This document shows, one piece after another, positions 31,401-40,287 of a stretch of 64,000 nucleotides of DNA. Position 1 is the first letter of the stretch. Each line of letters opens with the position of its first letter. Source of the stretch: a virus (lineage: Duplodnaviria > Caudoviricetes); IMG/VR virus record IMGVR_UViG_3300018405_000011; one strand, given 5' to 3'. A program made the position numbers and the translations under genes. The notes beneath the pieces are model-generated. The model worked only from the letters and a program-made list of their open reading frames with translations. It ran no database searches and had not been told where the DNA came from.

Positions 31401-33845
31401 ACGTCCCGCTACATAAACGTCGGAGTCACCGGGTTTACGTCGCCCCGTCACTGACCCAAGAATAGTTCCTATAGCACCTGCACCTGCTGTTGTAAAGTCG
31501 GCGATGCCGCCATACCAGCCACGTGTAAAGTTACCCATCCCACTAAGCGTGGATTCAATGATGCCGCCAATCCCTCGTTTACGTTTAGGCATCGAACCAT
31601 CAGCCGAACCCTCACCTCCACCTACACCGGCTTCCATTCTCAGGATACCGCCCAGTATAGCATCTAGCAATTGAATTTGGTCACTAAAACCACTGCGTGT
31701 AGTTTCAAGCAATTCCAGTTCAGCGTCTTGTGTACGTGTAGAGATATGAACCGGTAATGACGATACCCCATTCATGTCTACCATGAACTGACTTAAATCA
31801 CTATTACCACCTGAAGCTACAGTAGGACGCTGGGCCACAAATGACTCTGCTACGGTATACGCATCCGGTGATTCATTGCCGTAGGCCATGCGTGCCGCAG
31901 TTGCTTGGTCGACTTTTAAATCGCCGTACTTATTACGTCCTACCAGTCCCATAGATTTAAGAACATCTAACTGTCCGCTGTTTACAGCAAAGTTTAACAT
32001 TTGCTGGTTTTCGCGCTGACCTTTAGCAAGCTCTTTCTGGATGCGCGCCCCAGATAGATTGCGCTGACTTAGATTCCCTTTAGATTGGTTAATCATGGAA
32101 AGGATTTCTGAGGTAACTGCTTCGTCCCCATAATCCATCTCTTTTAGGCTTTCTATGTTAAACGCTTTTCCTTTTTGAGACTGTCCCAGTAATACGGCAC
32201 GTAAAGCCTCATCCGCTTCCGGTGAAAGCTCTACTCCAGACCCTACGCCTAGTAATCTTACCAGGGCATCGGCGTAACGATTACGGCTACGCGTATCATC
32301 ACCGAATATAGTTTTCTGGAGCTGTTGCTTAGCTTCACTTTCACGGACAATACCACCTTCCTCGAAGGAGTACATTTGACGTTCAGCGCTTTGCCCTGTT
32401 CGGATTTGTTCGAGTTCCTGTAACTGTCTAGATAAGAAGGAAGGGATAATGTCAACCAAACTGCGGCGTTCTAGTTCACTCCATGTAACTGGGGCGGCTA
32501 ACTCATCCAACTTAGGCTGGTCTATCTGTAGCCCTTTAACGGTATTACGAGGAATGATATCCCGTAGCCCATCCTTAATAAAGGACGCATCTAACGCCCC
32601 TAAGGCAGGTACCTTATCCAGTATGCTCTGTGGAAGAACCTTACCATCCCAGTTACGTAACTCCTCGTTAAAGATAGAAGGGAAGTTTTCGAACAAATAC
32701 ATGAGTTCATTAGACTTCGTCTTTAACGAGGGAGAGCGCTCTATGTACTTTCTAAGCTTATTACCGATACCTTTACTTAACTTAACCCCTACGGTACTCT
32801 GTAGCACATCACCGGCTAGCGAACCCCCTAGACGAAGTTTTTCTTCTAAAGACATGTCACCTAAGTCTAAGCCATCGGAAGAAATAATGTCCGTGATAGT
32901 GCCCATGTTCGTTGCTAAATCTTGAACAAAGCCATCGATTTTCTTACGGATGTTTTCTTTGGTTTTACCCAGAAACTTATCCTGATACTCTTCGATAGTA
33001 TCCCCTACATTACCATAGAGCCTTTGTTTCTGAGACTGCATAAACCCTTCAGTCGTCTGGATTTTTACAGCTTCAGGTAATGCAGTGTTATGAACAATAG
33101 ACGCTAGTTGTGCATCTACGTCACGGGAATGCCCTGTAAAGATACGCAATAGGTCACGCTGAGCAAAGTATTGTAAATGTTGAAGCTCGAGTGATTTCTG
33201 TTGCCATTTAAAGTTGACAGTGTCATTATAGCCGACGAGTCGACTGACTTGGTCAAGTACCAGACGTGTCGATTCTAAAGAGCTGCTATTAAACAAGTCC
33301 GCTTTAGCTTCTACCGCGGCTGCACGTTCGCCACTCAGTGCGTTCTGTTCGACAAGAGCACGCTGTGCCCCAAATACCGATTTAAGGGTACTGTCGATTA
33401 ATAGACGGTCGGCACTATAAGCACCTTTTGCTTCTGGTATGGTTTCTTCATCTGGGCTCCAGCTTTTTAGAAGATCTTTTATCTTCCCATCGACTAAGTC
33501 TGGTAAACTGTCGGCCTTTTTTGCAATGGCTTTTCTAAGGTCTTTTAGTGGTTTTTCTAGCTGCTTCATCGAACCATTGTATAGGTCCATAAAGAAAGCT
33601 GCGCCTTGGTCGGCTGCGCCTAATGCGCTGCTATACCCTTCTGGCAAAGCATTTTTTGCAATGATGCCAGCATGCTTAGAAACCGTATTCTTTTCAGTTA
33701 TTGAGTCCTTTGCCCCTAGGGCTATTGACTCAATAACTTTTCTTGTTCCCAGCTCTTTGGGCGTCTTTGGTTCACTTGGCTGGCTGTCATCCAGTGAATC
33801 TAAAATAGAATCCAAATCATCCAAATCGAATTTATCGTTTGCCAT
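28446..33845 (-). CDS. tape-measure-like tail protein with C-terminal M23 peptidase (phiKZ gp181-like position)
   Basis: 1799 aa, helical, with repeated 'YV.G...P.....L...G.Y...TGK.I...DIDGE..D..GN' units. M23 motifs 'HNGVD', 'YAHM' and 'HLHWEV' lie at about 28959-29300. Confidence 0.75.
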   Translation of the reverse strand: MANDKFDLDDLDSILDSLDDSQPSEPKTPKELGTRKVIESIALGAKDSITEKNTVSKHAGIIAKNALPEGYSSALGAADQGAAFFMDLYNGSMKQLEKPLKDLRKAIAKKADSLPDLVDGKIKDLLKSWSPDEETIPEAKGAYSADRLLIDSTLKSVFGAQRALVEQNALSGERAAAVEAKADLFNSSSLESTRLVLDQVSRLVGYNDTVNFKWQQKSLELQHLQYFAQRDLLRIFTGHSRDVDAQLASIVHNTALPEAVKIQTTEGFMQSQKQRLYGNVGDTIEEYQDKFLGKTKENIRKKIDGFVQDLATNMGTITDIISSDGLDLGDMSLEEKLRLGGSLAGDVLQSTVGVKLSKGIGNKLRKYIERSPSLKTKSNELMYLFENFPSIFNEELRNWDGKVLPQSILDKVPALGALDASFIKDGLRDIIPRNTVKGLQIDQPKLDELAAPVTWSELERRSLVDIIPSFLSRQLQELEQIRTGQSAERQMYSFEEGGIVRESEAKQQLQKTIFGDDTRSRNRYADALVRLLGVGSGVELSPEADEALRAVLLGQSQKGKAFNIESLKEMDYGDEAVTSEILSMINQSKGNLSQRNLSGARIQKELAKGQRENQQMLNFAVNSGQLDVLKSMGLVGRNKYGDLKVDQATAARMAYGNESPDAYTVAESFVAQRPTVASGGNSDLSQFMVDMNGVSSLPVHISTRTQDAELELLETTRSGFSDQIQLLDAILGGILRMEAGVGGGEGSADGSMPKRKRGIGGIIESTLSGMGNFTRGWYGGIADFTTAGAGAIGTILGSVTGRRKPGDSDVYVAGRKEPAIRANLLKKGFYRNKETGKPIFSIDEIDGEIVDANGNVVITQSDVDDGIYLATGENITELFNKGLGFVKDKLLNTIGFQNMLVSKLMSLPKAGYDAITKRVRDIYVRGETRPRLQALLLKNGSYFSAVTGKPIYKAEDIDGEVLDAAGNVIISNDDLVTGLVDNIGTPIGGNRLVQLAKNITTTGMDLASRLAAFSIDQGNRIVSGTYDFMSGIKDMVMGGITINKMGYGEGGGSDVITKIYDHMRRRWPLEGESVYSDMNLDADRDDDGIRDNSWQDILSRSEDSAAEPTAAVDTEEKEEKSSGGLLSFIMPLIGSITSGFGGLMEALKGIGTTIATWFAFNKASATGEAASDILGDLTGAAGDGPGRKTPGKKGFMSKILGGAKNLVGKGLNLVRGAAPVAMAAAKWGGKKLLTTGAAAIAGVAGAPVIAAAITVGGLAYAGYEVYSYFSKRSKPKELERLRFLMYGINPEDMDDVVKIREMESDAIDEVSFTSRGPTFALSVGDAVSRYAKIFGVDMESSYDLQRWGEWFTRRFFPVFMVNLNLSKGIDKSIDLLEIDSALDKERKAEFATALASPANYTGGKLPWNNTMSPYPGKGSPVMPSDISIAIHNIASMGKGDEKYEGEFNTAPSENSSETTRPATDYMKAKSPVTQYGANTAPKPSSYSSTGQLAAKGGLDSAIVGASAKATGGSIRMIMPCEGRISSPYGMRVHPITGARKMHNGVDIAAPKGTPIVAAADGIIYRLYISKSYGKVIYLKHENGMASRYAHMDNFAVGLAMGDRVKQGQVIGYVGNTGASAGDHLHWEVRVTSAQWADTIDPLTLVGGNVKSDLAKEEKAIVKDEIAAEKESSDTTLEGQDTLRSTLIPKSVEDNKPLDTAPSTNATPNPVMEKERAQAQATATAKESAKALDVQMGALEKAYAQREVMIANQTASLEKLDAIHQALVDMPGYLSSVSKPTSATKRPATNRVNGVVKMTD

Positions 33846-33942
33846 ATGTGTTCTCCGGAGAACAATGATATATTGATGTACGTGCTTTGGGCGTCCCCAA
33901 GGCGCGTATAAGTCTCAAAGGATTTGCCACTAAGGAATCACC

Positions 33943-35391
33943 ATGAAACCGAAATTACTTCCCTTTAACATCAGTTTTGTCAGGGATGTCGATAATACCT
34001 TTGCCGGTCTATTGCCCGTGCAGTCCCTACAGCTCTTCGAAGGAAAGAATGGCGACTTTAACCCACAGGGGTTATACTCTAATGTTATTTTTGGTCGTCA
34101 GGGCGATAGTGCCCGTGAAACCAAAGAATCTTACATTAATCTAAAGGTTCCTATTTTCCATCCCTTATATTTTAAAGAACTGATTGCCTTAAAGCAACTG
34201 TATCTAGACATACTCACACGTCAAGGCTATGCAACCTGGGATGCTGAAGAAAAAGACTTTGTACGCGCTGACATCATGACAGGGGAAACCGGCTTTGCAT
34301 TCTTTACTTCTCATTTTAACGAGATTGAGTTTAAACGCAATAAGTCACAGCGACGTGACCTGCGTATCGACCTGTTAGAGAAATATCGCCATCAGGCTTT
34401 TATTAAGCGTCTCTTTGTCATCCCTGCCGGTATTCGTGATATCGAAATTACAGAAGATGGGCAACCTAAAGAAGAAGACATTAACCCACTGTATCGACGT
34501 GTGATTTCCGTAGCCAATACCATTAACGTGGATTTTGAGCAGCGTAATAGCTCACTCTTAGACGAAGCTAAAGCTAACTTACAGAAAGCCGTTGTAAACA
34601 TCTACGACTACATCTTTAACATGTTAGAAGGTAAGCGAGGGATTCTACAGGGTAAGCTAGCCTCACGTAAAATCATTGGCTCTACACGTAACGTACTTTC
34701 GTCTATGGAAGTGGGTTCGTCTTATCTAGGCGATGAACGCCAGCCCGGTTTAAACACGACGATTATTGGCCTGTTTCAATACATCAAAGGAAACGAAGCC
34801 TATGTTACGGAATACGCATTCCGTAAGCTGTTTCTTTCTGACTTATTTGACGAGTATGAAGACCCGCGTCTGATAGACCGAGAATCACTTAAAGCGGTAG
34901 CTGTCACCCTTTCTGACAAAGCTAGAGAGAAATGGTTAACCAGTGAGGGATTAGAAGGCATCATCAATGGCTTTGCAGATGCCACCCTTAGACATAACCC
35001 AGTTACTATCGACGGTAAGTATTTAAGACTCATCTATAATGACGGAAAACAATATCGGATTATGCAAGACATCCGTGAGTTACCGGAAGGATACGATAAG
35101 GCGTATGTTACCCCGATGTCATGGGCAGAGATGTTCTATTTATTATCTAAAGATAACATTAAAAAGAACATGGCGTTCTGTACCCGGTACCCAGTAACGG
35201 GACTAGGCTCTATTTATGCATCAGAGATTTATGTTAAAACAACAGTCAATGGCTTACTGTTAGAAGAACTGGATGCGGACTTTAACCCTACGGGCAACAA
35301 AGCCCTAGAATTTCCGGATACAAAAAATAAACTGCCTTTCTTTGATACCATGGCGGTTAGCCCATATATGCTAAAGCCATTAGGTGCGGAT
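33943..35391 (+). CDS. virion RNA polymerase beta'-like subunit, exon 1
   Basis: 'GLYSNVIFG', 'IPAGIRD', 'GKRGILQGK...RNV', 'TRYP' are beta' motifs. Ends in LGAD, the first half of the DFDGD catalytic motif. Confidence 0.9.
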
Positions 35392-35889
35392 AAAATTAAT
35401 GTAAACCATTAGAAGTCCGCCTGCGCAGTAATGTGCAGTAAATAAACTCCTCTAATTGCGGGAAGTTCTTGTTAGGTCTCAAGTACTCCCTTTACATGGA
35501 AACATCGTAAAGGTTAAAGTTAACGACTTTGGTTTTATAGTGATAATCTTGAGAATAGAGAAAATCGACGCAGCGAAGTTCCTAAGTCTATTAACAGATA
35601 TGGAATGAGTTCAACGACTATCGAAAGCTTAACTCCAGGAGAAATACCCGGAGGGATAATAGCCTAAGGTCAACATGCCTTAGGGGAAGCGAGTAGAGTA
35701 CGCCCACAAGTGAATGGTGGGGCTGTGATGGCTTAAATGGAAATGGGGAGCCCCTATAGCGCGGTAACAGTTCTATAGGGTGATGATATAGTCTCTTCGG
35801 CGAAAGCCCTTCCTGGGGTACTCCAGGTCGTCTAGCGAGAGCTAGAGCTGTATAACAGTAGGTGCGTTACGAGCACCTAGAAGACAAAG
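35392..35889 (+). ncRNA. group I self-splicing intron, ORF-less (498 nt)
   Basis: Exon U35391 precedes the intron and the intron ends in G35889. P1: GCGGAU pairs with GUCCGC (35415-35420) with a U.G wobble. P10: CAUUAGA (35407-35413) pairs with exon-2 UUUGAUG. Core elements: P AAUUGCGGGAAG (35454), Q AAUCGACGCAGC (~35562), R GUUCAACGACUA (~35609), S GAUAUAGUC (~35785). P7 GACUA/UAGUC, P9 GGC-GAAA-GCC. Confidence 0.93.
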
Positions 35890-36060
35890 TTTGATGGAGA
35901 TGTACTATCCTGTACACTCATTAATAGTGATGAGGGGGTTGCCGAGGCGAAAGCTAGACTGGCTGCTAAATCTACCTACATCTCGCCTAACGGCGGTTTA
36001 ACGTATAACCTCACAACGGACGTCAGCGACCTTGTGTTAAAAATAATGACGGGTGATTAA
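35890..36060 (+). CDS. virion RNA polymerase beta'-like subunit, exon 2 (56 aa, FDGDVLSC...IMTGD)
   Basis: In-frame joining restores LGADFDGD and gives a 539-aa spliced protein; not present in the ORF track. Confidence 0.9.
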   Translation, partial: FDGDVLSCTLINSDEGVAEAKARLAAKSTYISPNGGLTYNLTTDVSDLVLKIMTGD

Positions 36061-36062
36061 CC

Positions 36063-39000
36063 ATGACACTGATTAATGTCGATAATTTCATGCGACGCTT
36101 AGGGGCAAGGGAGAACCTACTGCTTACTTCAACCCCGCTAGTTGACATGATTAACTTAACGATGCCTAAAGGTACGTTATTGCATTATGTACCATTAAGT
36201 CCTGACGACCGAGGGTTCCGTGCAGACAGTTTACTTGCTGTACACTGGCCTACACGGATTCGCGTTAATCTAATTACAGAAGGGCTTTATCCTAACGGTA
36301 GAACACAGAACATTCAGTTTAACGCAATGAAGTATACTAAAGAGTACTTTAAGCGTCAGCCCGGTTTAAAGCGCAGTCGTAATTTAGAGCGTGACATTAT
36401 GGATGAACGTGACATGGTCGTCTTAGACTATACGTTGATTCCGCGTATGGTGCGCTATGCTCACAGTGTAGATGTGTATCAAAACTTCTGGGCTAACATG
36501 GCAGAAACGGTCATCCAGCAGATTAACCGAGTTAATGGACGTCGCCCACAGTTCATTCAGATTCCTATTGGTGGACATTGGATGACCGAAGCGGAGTTTA
36601 AAGTAAACTTAGAAGGTATCAGCGTTTCACACCGTGAACGACTTAGAGACCCAGCACTTCAATGGGTACTGGAAATCTACCGCATGTTAAAAGGGGCACC
36701 GAGCCTCATTGAGAAGATTACATCGGAAGACGTTTACTTTATATTCACCGTGGACACTAAGTCAGTCTTCTTGCCATTATCGGTACTTTATACTTTTGCA
36801 GATACCGATGCGCTTGCCGGGGCTAAGTTTCATGACCTGTTAGAAAAGCTTTTGATGACGCGCACGGTTTCTGACGAAGAAGCGGGGGCGATTTCAAAAG
36901 AAGCCGATACAGAAGATGCAAGTGATGAAGCCGTATCAAAACTGATGCCACCTGCATTACAGCAGCAGCTAGGGGAAATGGTAGAAGTCGGGTTATTAAC
37001 GGCGGCTCAGCAGAAACGCTATGCAAACGCAATTGTTGCTATGGCAGAGATTCCATCTCCGGATGGTAAAACTACTCTGGCTGAGTTTGCTACTGTTACT
37101 CCAGAAGACACGGTCATTGACCCAGACATCAATGTGCCGATTGATACTCCCATAGTACCAGAAAAAGCATTAAAGTCTACAGTCGCGAACATGAAGTCTA
37201 AGTATGTGCGTGAAGTCATGGACAAAGACATCGCTAATGTGTTCCTATCGTTAAACCGAGGCGGGGTTATCTTACGCGACTATAATGTCACTAAAACCGC
37301 AGACGCGTTAGAAGAAACGCAGACGCTGGAGATTACACTCCTGCCGGTGGTAGGGCGTGAAACCACCTTTAAAATAGAACTTCCTGTATTTAATGAAGAC
37401 GGAACGTTTATGGTAGGGGGGATCCGATACAGCATAGATAACCAAAAAACCGACATCCCGATTCGTAAGACAAAATCGAACCAAGCAGGCATTACTTCTT
37501 ACGCGGGTAAAATCTTTATCAATCGAAGTGGGTTAGCTAAGAACGACAGTGACCGATGGTTGCGTAAAGTTATCCGTGAAACTGCCATGAGTACGGCGGA
37601 TGAGCGAGTAACTAGCTTACGTTATGGCACTAACGCCGTACCTAACGTACTGCTGCCAAGAGACTACACTGCACTTATGGTTGACTACAGTGGGTTTAAG
37701 TCTGGTGACCTAACCTTTGACTTTGTATACAGTGGACGCATTGAGCGTTACGGTAAAGAAGTTGTTTCTCGTTTAGAGAAGAAAGGTTCAGTTATCTGCG
37801 GCACCTATAAAGGTGAGCCAATGGTCATGGATGTAAATGGGTTCATTACTGGTAAAGACTTACCTGGACTAGACATCTTAGGTACGCTAGGTGGTAGCTG
37901 GGGTAAACGCCCTGGTGACATTGCTGTCTTTAAGTCGGGTCGACGTGAAGTACCGGTTATTTATTTCATTGCCTACCATTTGGGTTTGGACAAGACTCTA
38001 CGTAAGTTAAAGGTACCTCATCGCTGGGAGACCTTAGACAAACGTTTAAGTCCAGGACTTAATGAAATCGCGGTAAACTTTGCCGATGAACGCATATACA
38101 TTACCGTATCAGACCCGCTACAAGCGATACTGTGGAATGGCTTAGCCGACATGGAGGACATGACGCGGCGCCTTAACAGTGCCGAGTTTAACCGTAAAGA
38201 CGGTTGGATGGCTTCCTTAAGTCATTACGGGGCGAATAAGTGGCATACTGATAACTGGACATTAATGAACGATTTGTTTTTAGACCCTATCACGTTAGAA
38301 GTATTGCGTGACATGAAAGAGCCTGAAAACTTAATTGACTTGTTTATTCGTGCTGCCGACCTGGTTAAGACCAATGATGCCCCTCGTGAATCCGACCCTA
38401 AATACATGCGTATTCGTGGGCTAGAACGTGTATCTGGACTTATCTATCTTGCCATGTACGAAGCTATTGCTGAGCAACGACGTAAGCCTAACGCGCGTAA
38501 TGAACCTATTACCATCGCGCCTACGGAGATATTGCGACGTCTAAATGAAGATGCATCCGTGCAACTTGTGTCTGAGATTAACCCTATCCATGCACTAAAG
38601 GAACAAGAGGCAGTTACCCTATCAGGAACAGGCGGACGTACCGCTCGTACACTGGTAAAACGTAACCGTGTCTTTGACCAAAACGACTTAGGAATTTTAA
38701 GTGAAAGTACCCCGGACTCTGCTAAAGTAGGGATACGTGGGTTCTTAACCCCAAATGCTAAAGTCCAGAGTCTTCGTGGTATGTATGGCGAGTATGATCC
38801 AGATGACGGTTCGAGTTCATTACTATCTACAACCGCATTAACGCTACCTGACATGGACCGTGATGATGGGAAACGCGCCGCTTTAGGGGCAATACAGCAG
38901 TCAGCGGTTGTCCCTACGGTCGGCAGTGAACCCATGCCGTATCGTACTGGATATGACGCTGTTATTGCTTCCCGCCTATCTGACTTCTTTGTCTTTAGGG

Positions 39001-39998
39001 CAAAGCAAGATGGTGAAGTCGTTAAAGTTACCGATAATGTCATTCAGGTAAAATACGAAGACGGGAGTAAGGAAGGTTACCGACTGGGTACAAAACATGG
39101 CGTTGTAGCCGGGGAACTCATCCCTCATAATTACGTTACGGATAAGGTAAAAGGAAGTCGGTTTAAAATAGGATATGTATTGGCCTGGAACAGTGGTTTC
39201 TTTACCCGTGATTTCTTTAACCCAGAAAACGTCATTATGTTGTCGGGTGTACCCGCTGTTGTCGCTCTAAAGGAAGGTAACGATACGTTAGAAGATGGTT
39301 CAGCTATCAGTGATGCCTTTAGAAGAAAACTGATGACTTCAGTTTCTAAGAATAAAGGGATTATGGTTGACTTTGACCAGGAAATTGAAGGATTAGTTTC
39401 AGTAGGGGACGTAGTTGAGTTTGATACTAAACTGGTAACCATTAAGGAAGCGGGTACTTTAGGGTTAGAGAAAACCGATGCGGCTCTATTAGCCCTAAGT
39501 AAACTGTCCAGTCAATCTCCTAAAGCTAAAGTAGGGGGTAAAGTTTCCCGCATTGAAGTCTTCTATATGGGAGACCCTTCCGAAATGAGTCCTTCATTAA
39601 AAGCTTTAGTTGAAGCAGACAATGCTCGACGTGAGAAAGAGGTCAAGGACTTAAATCGAAGCACGGCTGGTAAAACCGGACTCGTACGTAAACCTACGTT
39701 TATCTCAGGTGAAAAACTGGTTCCGGGTAAAGTGATTATCAGTATTTATATTGATATGGAACTGGAGTCGGGCATCGGTGATAAGTCAGTCGTGGCTAAC
39801 CAGCTTAAAACGGTGCATGGGCGTACACTGGAAGGGATTAACCGAACCGAAGACGGGCGAGACATTGACCTGATATTCGGCGCTCAATCAGTGAATAACC
39901 GAATTGTATTATCCTGTATTATCCAAGGGGTAATGAACATGACGGTGCGGAAAAAGAATCAGCTTTTAGCCGAAGCTTATCTGGCAGCAGGGGAGTAA
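36063..39998 (+). CDS. virion RNA polymerase beta-like subunit (phiKZ gp178-like)
   Basis: 1311 aa; 'ESTPDSAKVG', 'EDGSAIS', 'GDKSVVANQLK', 'DIDLIF' correspond to conserved beta regions. Confidence 0.88.
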   Translation: MTLINVDNFMRRLGARENLLLTSTPLVDMINLTMPKGTLLHYVPLSPDDRGFRADSLLAVHWPTRIRVNLITEGLYPNGRTQNIQFNAMKYTKEYFKRQPGLKRSRNLERDIMDERDMVVLDYTLIPRMVRYAHSVDVYQNFWANMAETVIQQINRVNGRRPQFIQIPIGGHWMTEAEFKVNLEGISVSHRERLRDPALQWVLEIYRMLKGAPSLIEKITSEDVYFIFTVDTKSVFLPLSVLYTFADTDALAGAKFHDLLEKLLMTRTVSDEEAGAISKEADTEDASDEAVSKLMPPALQQQLGEMVEVGLLTAAQQKRYANAIVAMAEIPSPDGKTTLAEFATVTPEDTVIDPDINVPIDTPIVPEKALKSTVANMKSKYVREVMDKDIANVFLSLNRGGVILRDYNVTKTADALEETQTLEITLLPVVGRETTFKIELPVFNEDGTFMVGGIRYSIDNQKTDIPIRKTKSNQAGITSYAGKIFINRSGLAKNDSDRWLRKVIRETAMSTADERVTSLRYGTNAVPNVLLPRDYTALMVDYSGFKSGDLTFDFVYSGRIERYGKEVVSRLEKKGSVICGTYKGEPMVMDVNGFITGKDLPGLDILGTLGGSWGKRPGDIAVFKSGRREVPVIYFIAYHLGLDKTLRKLKVPHRWETLDKRLSPGLNEIAVNFADERIYITVSDPLQAILWNGLADMEDMTRRLNSAEFNRKDGWMASLSHYGANKWHTDNWTLMNDLFLDPITLEVLRDMKEPENLIDLFIRAADLVKTNDAPRESDPKYMRIRGLERVSGLIYLAMYEAIAEQRRKPNARNEPITIAPTEILRRLNEDASVQLVSEINPIHALKEQEAVTLSGTGGRTARTLVKRNRVFDQNDLGILSESTPDSAKVGIRGFLTPNAKVQSLRGMYGEYDPDDGSSSLLSTTALTLPDMDRDDGKRAALGAIQQSAVVPTVGSEPMPYRTGYDAVIASRLSDFFVFRAKQDGEVVKVTDNVIQVKYEDGSKEGYRLGTKHGVVAGELIPHNYVTDKVKGSRFKIGYVLAWNSGFFTRDFFNPENVIMLSGVPAVVALKEGNDTLEDGSAISDAFRRKLMTSVSKNKGIMVDFDQEIEGLVSVGDVVEFDTKLVTIKEAGTLGLEKTDAALLALSKLSSQSPKAKVGGKVSRIEVFYMGDPSEMSPSLKALVEADNARREKEVKDLNRSTAGKTGLVRKPTFISGEKLVPGKVIISIYIDMELESGIGDKSVVANQLKTVHGRTLEGINRTEDGRDIDLIFGAQSVNNRIVLSCIIQGVMNMTVRKKNQLLAEAYLAAGE

Positions 39999-40113
39999 TC
40001 CCCTGCATTTCCACGAATTAGATGACCCTAAAGTACTTTAAGGGGAAATCTTATTTTTGCATTTTACGCTGCATTGAGCGGCGACTATATTTAAACCACT
40101 GGAGTTTATAGTG

Positions 40114-40287
40114 ATGAAACAGAATCTTCAGAATGTTGCTATCGCCGCGACAACAATTGAAGTTGCAGTAACGGCTATTCGTGACTTAGCCGGGACGAAC
40201 TTAAGTGGCTCCGACATGAAAGACCTTGAGGATATCTATGCTCAAGAACTACACGCCCAGGTAATGGAGGCGGCAAATGCTCAGTAA
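40114..40287 (+). CDS. small hypothetical protein (57 aa), not in ORF track
   Basis: MKQNLQNVAIAATTIEVAVTAIRDLAG...MEAANAQ; GGAG RBS at 40101; stop overlaps the next gene's start. Confidence 0.6.
   Translation: MKQNLQNVAIAATTIEVAVTAIRDLAGTNLSGSDMKDLEDIYAQELHAQVMEAANAQ

Noticed and set aside
35392-35412. 'KINVNH*' as the true C-terminus of the 489-aa RNAP ORF
   Set aside because: It is read-through into the intron P1/IGS region; the catalytic motif is completed only by exon 2.
35413-35889. Homing endonuclease ORF inside the intron
   Set aside because: No ORF of 60 aa or more appears in the track, and the 498 nt are accounted for by ribozyme helices.
38444-39043. 199-aa minus-strand ORF and other antisense ORFs within RNAP beta
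   Set aside because: Fully nested opposite a conserved gene; no RBS or motifs.
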